The translations under genes and the position numbers were made by a program. This document shows positions 12,201 to 24,200 of a stretch of 64,000 bases of DNA, piece after piece. Origin of the DNA: Callorhinchus milii (taxonomy: Eukaryota); assembly GCF_018977255.1 (NCBI RefSeq), contig NW_024704742.1:64916001-64980000 (forward strand), in the 5' to 3' direction. Numbering within the stretch: the first letter of the stretch is position 1; each line of letters starts with the position of its first letter. The notes under the pieces were generated by a model, which saw only the letters and a list, made by a program, of their open reading frames with translations, did not search any database and had not been told where the DNA came from.

Positions 12201-15200
12201 GTTCAAGATCCTGATCCTCATCTTCAAAGCCCTCCATGGTCTTGCTTCCCCTACCTCTGTGACCTCCTAACCCCCTACCATTCTGCTTGCTCCCTCCGCT
12301 CAGCAGACTCTGGCCTGCTTCTCTTCCCCTGCCTCTCTCTCCCCACTATTAGTGGGTGGGCCTTCTGCCACTCCATCCCACAGTCCCTCTGCCTTGCCCC
12401 CTCCCTTGTCTCCTTTAAGATGCATCTCAAGACCGTCCTCTTCGATCGTGCTTTCGACTTCCCTGCTCCTCCCCCTTACCCTCCACCCTCGCCGATCCCG
12501 ACCCCCAGCTCGGGTCCGAAACTCTGTCTGTCCATCACCTTGGAACATCCTCCAGATGTGAAAGACACTATACAAATGTAATTTTGTTGTTGTTGTTATC
12601 AGAGACGAAGTTCTGCCTGGTGATAGAATCTTGCATTTCTACATTCAATAAAAGTATGTTGCATTTTCCAGAGTGCCATTAAAACTTTTGTTTGCTATGT
12701 CACTCATCCAGTTACTCTTCAGAACCTAGGTTGCAAAGCACATATTTACATTTTCATAATCGTCATCATCATCATCCGGTGAGTGACTTGACTCTTGCGT
12801 TGACTGCCAAGTTTTGGGTTTTTCAATTTCAGGCAAGCGGAAACTTTGTCCTTCTGGAGATATTCGCCTGGAAGAAAAGCACACTAATATTAGAACATTA
12901 ACATACAACAGGGTGTCCACAAAGTCTTCTTACCCCCTATTACAAAACAGAGATATGAGATTACGGAGGAGCTGAAACAAGCTGTCAGAGATGCATTTCG
13001 CGTCATCACGCCATCATGTTACAGAAGATGTTGCACCAAACATGAAAATTATGGCACTCACACACACTGATCCTCTGAACGTCTATATACAGTTAAACAC
13101 TTGTATTGGATACAATTAAGTACTTCTAAATACGGTTGTCACCATACTTCCACATGTTTCAGTCAGTGCACTGCAAAAAAAAACAGGACTCTGTGGAAAA
13201 AATTAACTGACTATACAAGTGATTGTTGTTGGGTGGCTTTTTTAAACAATTTTATTCTCTTTCCTGCCCTCTGCTGAAGCCAAACTTCCACCAACCTCTG
13301 GACCATTTTGTCCAAAACATAAGAATGAACAGAATTATGTGAAAGTTTTAATTTGGAAGCCAGTTTTCTACAGTTCTTAAAAATGTATAGTTGGCACTGA
13401 TACTGTGATTGAAGTATAAGTTATGTTAACAGGATTCTTTGGTAAGAAAATATAGACTCCTATTTAACACTAATTCTTTATTAAGGAATCAGGTTAAGAT
13501 ACTATGAATTGTACCTCCTGTATATCACACCGTTTAGCCTGCTAAGAATTATTTTCCTAACTTTTTCAGTGTATTCAGTCATTCAATAGTCCTATTTGAG
13601 TCAATAATATCCTTACATTTGGTATAGCGCCTTTCAGGTCATGATGATGTCTCAACGCGTTTCACCAGGATATACTGTAAAGTGTAGTGACTGTGTTTTG
13701 TGGGTGAATGAAAACTTAAGTGTTCAAAATGTTAGCTCAAAGATCACATTATAAAAAATAACCTGAGCTTTCAACCAGACCTTTCGGAATCTAGATTCAT
13801 TATTATGCAGGATCAGAGGCACAATAAGATGAGATGAGTAAACTATGGGACAAATATAATCGGAGCAAATTCTTCAAACCTTCAATGGTTAAAGAAATGA
13901 AATAACTGGCTGTGGCAACAGTGAATGTGAATGAACTGAATCATCCAGGAAGGGAAAGAATACGCCTCCTAATTTAACAGGAAGTTAGATTCATCCAGGT
14001 TCTGCAAGGCAGAGGGAAGAAGATTTAAAAAAATCTATTTGTGTTTAAAACACAGATCAGAATGTTGGAGTGTACTGAAAGGTCAGAAAAGGGACATTTC
14101 TCATCTGTGGTTTCTTATATATGATGAGTTATTATTGAATCTTACAGCACAGAAAGAAGCCATCATGCCTGTGGTGACTCTTTGAGAGAACTATCCAATT
14201 AGTTTCACTTCCCCACTCTTTCCTCATAGCTTTGCAATTTTCTTTCTTTTCAAATAAATACCCTTTTGAAATTTATTATCGAATCTGCTTCCACCACCCT
14301 TTCAGGCAATGCATTCCAGATCGTAAGAACTCGCTACATAAAAATGTTTTCTCCTCACCTCCCCTCTGTTTCTTTTGCTAATTATCTTGAATGTTTGCAC
14401 GACACTGCTGTGCACAATTGGCTGACGTGTTTCACCCATAAAGTATACAGTCAAGTCCCTTTATGGTATATTCTGTGAAACGCTTTGAGACGTCTCGAAG
14501 GCGTGATAAGCCGCTATATAAAAAGCCAGGAATATTATTATTATTATGTGTCTTCTGGTTACCAACCCACCAACCAGTGAAAACAGGATCAAAACCCCTC
14601 ATAATTATTTACCGTATCAAAACCTTTCATAATTTTGAACATCTCGTTGAACCTCCCCTTAACCTTCTCTGCTCCAAGGAGAACAATCCCAGCTTCTCTC
14701 GTCTTTCCACATAACTGAAATCCCTCTTCCCTGGTATCAATCTCCTTGAGAAAAATCTCCTTTGCACTCTCTCCGAGGCCTTATTATTATTATCTTATTT
14801 TCTGCCCTTTAAGTCTTCCTGTAACTCACATACCTCCACTAATAGGTAGAGGACTGACCATTCTGTTCTTCAACAGTGAGATGCTGGGTGATTGGTTCTT
14901 AAATCCTTTTCCCTTCCCTCTGACCTTTCAGGGAGATGAATATCTACACATCGAACGCCCCAGAATGTGATCAGGAGCCGTTACCGCAATAGATAATAAC
15001 ACTAATCCTTGCATTTGATATAGCGCCTTATCACATCATTGAGACATGTCAAAGCTCTTCACAGAATATATTGTAAAGTGAATTGACTGCATATTTTGTA
15101 TACGAAACAAAGCAGCCAATTGCTCACAGCATTGAGTGACCAATTTGTTATTATTGGGAGGGGGTGGGGGGGGGGAGTATTTACCCCCGGAAAGCAATCC

Positions 15201-18200
15201 ACCAATTGACTGAAAAATGGGTTCCTATTTACTGCTAGGTAAACAGAGGTGTGTGGCATATGGAAATTTGTCTATGGACTTGTCCCTTTGACGTATTTTG
15301 GGAACTTGGATAGATAGACTAGATATTCTACATCTGTTGCAAACTGTTACTTTAATGCTAAAAGGCAACTCCTACCATTTAGCCCACATAATTCAGTCAC
15401 ACCACTGTACAGTGTATATCCAGTGAAGTACTTTGAGATGTCTTGATGGTGTGGAAAGTGCTGTATCAAAAGCAAGGATTATTATTATTATTATTTATGC
15501 CCTAGATTTGACATTGATCTATAAAAGCAGACAATTGGGTGTCATGCAATATTAAATTTGAATCACAATTCATTAATTGCAATGTTAAATTTCACTATGC
15601 GGGCTTTGTTCTACGTATCCATTTACTTGGGGGAGAAGAGCTTGGCTCTACCTAATACAATGTTCAATTTGATTACTGTAATAATAATGTCTGACTTACT
15701 GAAGAGTCACCAGCGACACGTTGCTGGGCTTCCTTGCTTTAGGCTTGCTGGCGAGAGGCGGTGGCTTTGGCGAGGTGGCACCTGGTTTGGGCAATATGTC
15801 AGGTTTGTATAACGTGGGTTTGGCAATTTCATATGGGGGGGAATTCACTTTGAATTTGGGCTTGTTCAACGGCAACGGAGGCGCCTCTGCTTCAGACATT
15901 CTTCGATGTTGATTCTGCGTAATTAATTCGTCTATGAGAAGGTTCGGGCTTTTGGCACTAAAGTTAGGACAACTTGGAATTACTTTTGGCTTCTGCTGCA
16001 GTTCCTTTGCACTGGGCAAGGCCTTCAGGTACCCAGGAGGTGGGGCAGACCAGTGACTTGCAAGAGATGGTGGTTTGAACTTCTCAGGTCTTGGGGGCGG
16101 AGAGACTGCCAAATTTTGGTTTTGTATAAATTTTGGTTTGTTAGGAGGAGGCAGGGGTGGCAGCGATGGCTTGCGATTCTCTGGATATTCTGGAGGCTCT
16201 TGCTGCTGCGGTAGAAAATCTAAAGTGCAGAAAAGCAAACAAAATATTTCAATGCCACTCTGCAAATTTAATTATTGTGCATAAAAATGTAACAAGTCTG
16301 CAATATTCCCTCCCCCTCCCCACATACACCTGCAAATTAGAACATCTGAATGAGTCAATACTTTATAATTATATGATTCTTTATCATATTCAACATTTTA
16401 AATTTTTTGTTCATTAAAGAGATATCCAAGAATATCACATTGTTTACTCTTCTGGCATCCACTTGAGCCTCGGTAAGTGGGGTCTCCTTGGAGCTGAATT
16501 GGCTCCACGGTGACATATTTGGCAATGGAATTTCGGAATCGAGCCCAGCCCTCTGGCGGTCTCGGTAGTTCAGTTCCTGCAGTATTCCAGGGCACTGCTA
16601 ATGGCAGCACAGCCAGCCTGGCTCAACAGCAGGACCTGGAACGTGGGATGCATGACATTTTCAATTTGATTTGGATGGTGTTGGGTTTCCACATGTGTTA
16701 TAGACACACAGCTGACCAAAAAAAAACACACAAAAAAACTCGAGCACTCCCATCACAGGCACAGCACACAGGCTGCTGCAGAGCTAAAATCTGCGAGGAG
16801 AGGCTGAGTAGACTAGGCCTATATTCTCTAGATTATGGAAGAATTAGAGGTAATCTCATAGAAACCTATACGATTCTTAACAGTCTTGACAAGGTAGATA
16901 TTGCGAGACTGTTTACCCTGGTTGGAAAATCTAAAACTAGGGGTCATATTCTCAGGATTAAGGGTCAGCCCTTTAGAACTGAATTGAGAAAACATTTCTT
17001 CACTCAGAGGGTGGTGAATTTATGGAATTCTCTAAGGCTGTGGATGCTCAGTTATTGAACATATTCAAGACTGAGATTGATAGATTTTTAAAAACTAAAG
17101 GGATTAAGGGATAGGGCGGGTAAATGGAATTTAGTTAGAAGATCAGCCATGATCTTATTAAGTGGTGGGGCAGACTCGAGGGGCCAAATGGCCTACTCCT
17201 GCTCCTATTTCTTATGTTCTTATCACTCTGTTCTGCTTCAAATAAAAGTACTCTTAACTCCCACAGCCTGACTGTATATGTACATGGTGACCAAAAAGTC
17301 GTGATAACTACCCTGCAACAATTATCATGAAAAAAATGGATCAAAAGATGTACAAATTGTACTTTAGTTCCTACCATCTGGCTTCAGATAGTCCTCCTCA
17401 TCATCATAATCTGAAAGAGGATGGAAAACAGACTTAGTCAACTTCACACTTTTCTTCCCCTTGTAATCTATATATAACATAATAATCCTTGCATTTGATA
17501 TAGTGCTTTTTACATCTTCTAGACATCTCAAAGAGCTTTACAGAATATATTGTAAAGTGAATTGACTGTACATTTGTGGGCGAAACATGGCAGCCAATTG
17601 CGCACAGCAGTGTGCATTTTATTGGCTTATAAGCGTTTTATTAGCTATTACAGACTCCAGGTCATAAGACTTCAGATGTTATCCACTCTACAGTGTTCTC
17701 TGATACTGCTCCATGAGCCCTTCACAGCAAAAAGTTGCATTTGTAAAGCACCCTTCAGGCAGGATAGTGTCTCGGAGCGATCAAAATAATCCTTACATTT
17801 GGTTTCGCACCTTTCACATCAGAGGGGTGTCCCAAAGTGCTTTATAGGATGTACTGTAGAGTGGTGTGACCGTGTGTTTTGTGGACAGTCAATTTGCTCA
17901 GAGCATTGTCCCATAAACAGCCATGTGAATGACTGATGTTTTTATTATTTGGGATGGGATTGTTGGGCAGGACACAGGGAGATACACCCTTCTCTTTTCG
18001 AATAATGCCATGGGATCTTTAACATCCACCTGAACAGGTAGATGGGGCCTCAGTTTAAAGTCTCCTCTGAAGGAAAGAACCTCCAACAATGCAGAACATC
18101 TCCATCACTGCACTATATTAGAGTAAGCAAAACTATATGAGTTTCAATTCCCGACATGTGGCTTGAACCTACAACCTCTGAGTCGAGAGGACTACCAATT

Positions 18201-21200
18201 GAGTCAGGATGACATCTTAACAACCTTAAGCAAACCTTACACAATGAATGACGAGTCCACAAGTTATGTCTAGGGAGTCGTATACTGAAACTGATACCTA
18301 CCTATCTCCCTCCCTCCCTCCCTCCCGCACATCTCTCTTTCTCCAGAATATCTCTCAATCTAAACTGTGTCAGGAATAAATACAGAGAATTTCTTCCCTA
18401 CTGGCAATAAAAAACCCTGCTGCTGAGTATGTGCGACATTGCACATTTGGTTATTATTATTGCATCAGAGCATAACAATAATAAAAATAATAATAATCCT
18501 TGCATTTGATATAGCACCTTATCACGTTGTTGAGACGTATCAAAGCACTTCACAGAATATGCTGTAAAGTGTATTTTGTGGGCAAAACGTATCCCTAGAA
18601 ACATCATGCAACTTTGCACATTTGCACAATGGCATTATTTCCTGACCATGTCTTGCATCGGTTGTAGATCAATGCCATTCAACTACAGACATCTCTTTGA
18701 GAAATGAACCAATGGCTATTTAGCACTAATGCCAAACTTCACAGTACTGCCTCACAACCAACCCTAAAGGTATTAACTGAGTGTCACACGTCTGAACACT
18801 CGCCCTCGTTCTCTTCAGAGTGAAGGACCTGCTTTTTTCTCCCAATCGAAGCCCTTTGGACCATTTTTTTACCTTCACTGTTTTACTTCTAAACCAAATT
18901 TGGCCAAATCTTAGGAGTCACCATGGGAACAAGTGAATATCATCGGGGAAGCCATGGGAACAATGCTAGAGGGACAGAGGCCAAGGCTTTGTGCATGTGC
19001 ATAGGTCCCATTACCATGTAACAGGATAGCCTGATTAGACAAACTCATCTATCAAAAAGGTCACCAGCTGCCATAAAAAAAATATTTTTTTAAGCCAATA
19101 TCTGACAAATAAGTCCAGAATCCGCCCTATTTTCTTGTGAGGATTGGGAACATTTTTAACTGCTGACGATCCAGGGTTGGAATGCATTCAGGAATGCTGC
19201 AGTTTCGACCCCTAGAGTTTCATAAGTAAGGGAAAAGTGGAATGGGAGTAACAGTAATAATCCTTCCATCTGAAATAGCGCCTTATCACATCTTTGAGAT
19301 GTCTCAAAGCGCTTCACAGAATATACTGTAAAGTGTATTGACTGTATATTTTATAGGCGAAACACTGCAGCCAATTGCGCACAGCAGAGGCCCACAAACA
19401 GTCGGGAATCTCCTACCTCCAGAAGTCGTTTGCCCTGGAACGTATTTGATCGCCACTGGCAGTTCTATTGAGCCATAGAAACTGTCAGAATCCGAGTTGG
19501 TGTCACTGGAATGAAACAAACAATAAATCGTAAGATATACTGCAAATAGCACTGGCTATGTATTTTACATAATTGAGATAAGAGTTAAAATAAAATTAAG
19601 AGCTAGCTGGAGGTCTGTACTCTTCCCCAACATCATTCATCATCAACATCAACAACTTGCAGAAGGCTGAAGCCTGAATGTGAGCAGGTTGGAGAGGTAG
19701 GCAGGTGCTGGGTGTGAAGTGATTTGTAGGTGAGTGGGAGGAGCATGAAATTACAAAATTTGAGCTGCTTTTTTTATTCCTGTGGTCAGCCACTCTATGG
19801 CCATGTACTTAGGAGGATTGGAAAATGAGTTGGTCATTCATTCAACCTGCACCAATCTGTTCTGCCAATGTATTCAATCATGGTGGATCTTTTAATCCCA
19901 TTTCCTCTCCTTTCTCCGATTATCCTTACTTTCCAAGTAACTATCCACCTCCCTTTTAAATATGCCAATTGATTTACAACCTTCTTGAAAAATGCTTTCC
20001 ACATTCTCTCAACACGGTCATTTTTCTGATCTCACTTCCAACTGGCTCAATTCTATTTTCAAGACTATAAGTGCATGTTGAGGATCTCTCTTCAAGCGTG
20101 AAGTATCTGACTAGGATCTAAGAGATTTAGATCATTACAAATATCTTCCTTCTTAGAACTGTGAGGACACCATGTGATCCAGACCCACAGTCGCTTTGCA
20201 GTTGCAGATCTAATAAGTCATCATTTGCACAATCAAACCATATTCTTTAACAGAAAATATTACTGCGATGATCACAAGGCTATTTCCTATCCCAGCCTGT
20301 TGGAAGAACACAATAACACAAGGAACTAGCTTGCTACTTGCATAGATCACATTAAACCATACTATTGTGGACTCTATTGTGAACTCAAGCCACATACAAT
20401 CTCTTAGGAGAATGTTTATTACAGATCTTCCCAAAGGCTATCAAGTTAAAATTCCAAACTAGTAAATGTTTCAAATCATTTGTTTTCCTGTGGGTTTTCC
20501 TCTAATATTTTTATTACTTATTTCCATCCAATGCTCCCTGATCTTGCAAGTTTTTCCTCTTCCCCCTCACCCGAGTGTGATGTGAGATCCGAGTTCTCAT
20601 ACTTCAACCAGGGAATCATTAAGATTCAAGGAGGATTGGAAATCCTGACAAATTTCTTCCCCTCCCTGCGCAAGACTCAGGATACAAAAGCCAATTGTCG
20701 TGCCCCACCCCCGTCTCTGCTGAGATGAGCTAACCCAGCATCAAGCAGGGGCCAAACCTAGTGGGAGGATACATCTGTTAATGATCTGAGTACCAACAGA
20801 AATACAGCTTAGAGATACTAGAACATAGATTAGATTTGTGCTGATGAAAGGAATTCCATCCTTTGCATATTTTTGAATGACTTGATACGTATAAACAGAG
20901 TGGTGCAACTTTTGGCTGCTGAGGGTCAGATGCCGGATTGGAGAAACGTCCTGGGACCTCAATAGCAGTCTGTTATCCTAATTGGCCAGTCCCGTTGTCC
21001 CTTAAACCCACAGTGACCGTCTCCTGATTGGCTCAGGGCCTGCGTGTATTTGCTCGATGGACAATGAATTTAGAAATGGTTTCCGAGTCGGAGTAAAATA
21101 TTCCCTGAGGTGGATGCGGTCCGCGGGCCACCAGTTGGGTCACCCTGGTGTAAAGGAAATGCCGTTTGCAGATATCCCAGCATTCTGAGTATTGCAGCGA

Positions 21201-24200
21201 GTAATATTCATATCATATCATTGTCCAACGATATTTTCCTACATTCCTATGTTCCTACGTGCCCGTGCCGGATATTGGCGCGGAGAAGCCTGTAGTGAAG
21301 GTGTAGACGCTAACAGTCAACGTAACTAGGTACCTTGATCCTTGTGAATCCGTTTTCTCGTGGTAGTGATCGATTTCTTTCCGCAAAGTCATCATCCACA
21401 TCTGAAGGAGTAGTAATCGCAAGATGTACATGAGTGAGAGAGCAGCACATGGAACTGCCAGTCGCATAACACTTGTGCCATTTTATCAGATTATGACAGA
21501 TAGTGCCTTTTAATCCCATTTCCCCATCTTTTTCAATATCTTTTACAATGTCTGTCTGATTAAGTTAGACCTTCAAAGAAGGGAGAGGGGTATGGGGGTT
21601 GGTGGTTGGGGTGGGGGGAGAAATGGGTGAAAACTTGTGTGGGGTATAAACACAGTGGTTGGGTCGAGTGGCCTGTTTCCATCCTATACATTCTTTGCAA
21701 CATACCTTCTCCACTTCAGTTCCAATGTTCAGCTCCACAGCCTCAGGAGGCTGGCACAGCTGACATAGTAAGTGACCTTGGATATTCCTGTACTCAACAA
21801 CAGCAACAACTTGATAAAATAACCAGAACTTTGCACACCTCACACGCCTGCCTCACCTTCCTCTCCTCTTCACAGGATGCTGAGAAGAACCAAGTTCGGT
21901 GTTTCCTATTGAAATGAATGATCTTGAAGGGAAACACGTTGCTGGAAGTCGTTTCCTCCGTTGCTCTCATCACCCTGAGGAAGAGGCAGAGAGAGAAACA
22001 GATTCTACTGTAAAAAGTGTGTGTCCATCCAGGGCACCTAGCGCCATTCTTGAGAGTATCCAAACCAAGCTGAGAATCCCATGCATCCCATCTGCACATG
22101 GAAATCCCACCTACATAAGAATCAACAGAGCTAAACCTGTTTGGCTCCACACTGGTGCTGGATAGAGTTTCAATCCATCCAGGGTACAGCACAGAACTGC
22201 AATCGCAAGGCCATACTCACCCTCAGCAAATTACAAGTGGAGGAGGGGGGGGAAAAAAAAAGGTTTGGAAACATCTACAAAGATAAAATATCTTTACTTA
22301 AAACACAATTTTGGTTTACAGAGAGAGAGGACCGTCAAAGAAACAGCCTCTGATCGCCCTCGACCAGATGTCTCATCCCAGGCACAACAATCATCCATGT
22401 TCTGTTATCTCTGAGGAGGAATCAACAGGGTCAATCAGGGAAAAGGCAGGGAATAGTGGTCTGAGCAAAGGATCCCTTCCTGTATCATGCAGAAGTACAT
22501 GCTGGTGAGGGAGCAAGTAAGAGCGGGGAGCAAGTAAGAGGTGGGGTCCAAGTAAGTGGGGAGGGACCAAGTATTAGGTGGGGGGAATCAAGTAAGAGGA
22601 GGGTCAATGTGACTTTGGGCAACAGATATTTTTTGGTCACCCAGGTTCTGACACATGCGGAAACCTAGCAATATTCTTGAGAATATCCAAACCAAGCTGA
22701 GAATCCCATGCATCCCACCTACACATGGAAATCCCAGAGATAGATTGTGGACAACTACCCTCCAGATACAGCAGATACGGGAAAAGGAGGATCAGCAATA
22801 AATTCAATTTCATGTAAAAAAACATCTTGATTTACAGAATGAGCTTAATTAGAAATAAAGTGGACACAAGCCCAGTAGCAGCCTAGAAATGAGTTGAGTA
22901 GCCAGTTTGTTAAGAATTTGGGTGTGGAATTTCAATGAGAAGATAAGATACCCAAGGTTTGAAGTTGTGACCTTTAGTGAAACTGCTATTGGTTTCTCTA
23001 GTTTACAAGCCCTTAGTGAATTACATCATTTCAGCATCAAGACCAACAAACCAAAATATGTGGATATTAAACCAAAGGAATACAAGAGGGAATTTTCATT
23101 GTTCCTTGGAAATAGCAACATGGGGTGGGAGGGATGTGACCAGGGTCCATCTAAAATCGCAAGGCAGACATGACCTAAATTAATAATCACTAAATAGATG
23201 ATGATCTGGAAATAAATGAGTAAACTATAAATGTAATAATAATCCTTGCATTTAATATTGCACATTATCACGTCGTTACTGTAAAATAAATTGACTGTAT
23301 ATTTTGTGGGCGAAACACGGCAGCCAATTGTGTCCTACAAACAATCGTGGATTGAGTGACCAAATTATTATTATTAAGTTTTTGAAGGGATTATCCCTCC
23401 CCTGGAAAATGATCTGCCAATCAACTAACAACTGGGTTTCTACTTACTGCTAGCTAAACAGAGGCATGTGGAGTAAGGAAAGTTGCCTAAGGTTTTGCAC
23501 TGTCTGGGAATCAAACCCAGTTCTTCTTGCTTGCGAGGCGAGCGCACTAACCATTACGCTACAGGTTTCTCTACAATGACCGAAATTTAGAGTTAATACA
23601 GAATATTCAATGTGAAAAAATAGGGGAGCGGAGCTGAATTCAAACTGAAATGCAGACAGAATTGGCTAATACTGTGGGAGACAGTCTGAAGACCCACAAC
23701 AAGATGTGATTGTAAACACAGCTGAAACCAAACTCAAATAAGAAACTACTAGGTTTTGACATGCAAGTGACCCGAATCGAGATACAGTAGCTTTTATTCA
23801 CCACCAGCCCTGCAGGGAGCTGTAAAGATACCACATGCAACACATCCTGTCTCCGCTCAAATGGACACGATCTGTGAACACCAAGTACCCTCTTGTTTGT
23901 AAAACCACAGGCGCACGCAAATAAAATTCTTCTAATGCAGAGGAATGTGGTTTTGGTCGACAGCAAATGCCAGGCTTCGAATTTGTGACCTTTTGTGAAA
24001 TAGACTTTTGCTTCTGTACAATGAGAAGCCCTCAGTGAATGAGATCATCGCAATAAAAAGCAAAATAGGTGCATACTAAACCAAGTAATTAGGACTCACA
24101 TATTCAGCCAGTCTGAAACTATGTCTGGACAGCATTTATAAGAAGTCCAGTATCTCATTGAGGCAAGTAAAATTCACAGCAACTTTAGGCAGATACTCAT

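Noticed and set aside
8470..12597. Active autonomous LINE
   Set aside because: ORF2 is broken by many frameshifts and stops and by a SINE insertion in the endonuclease domain.
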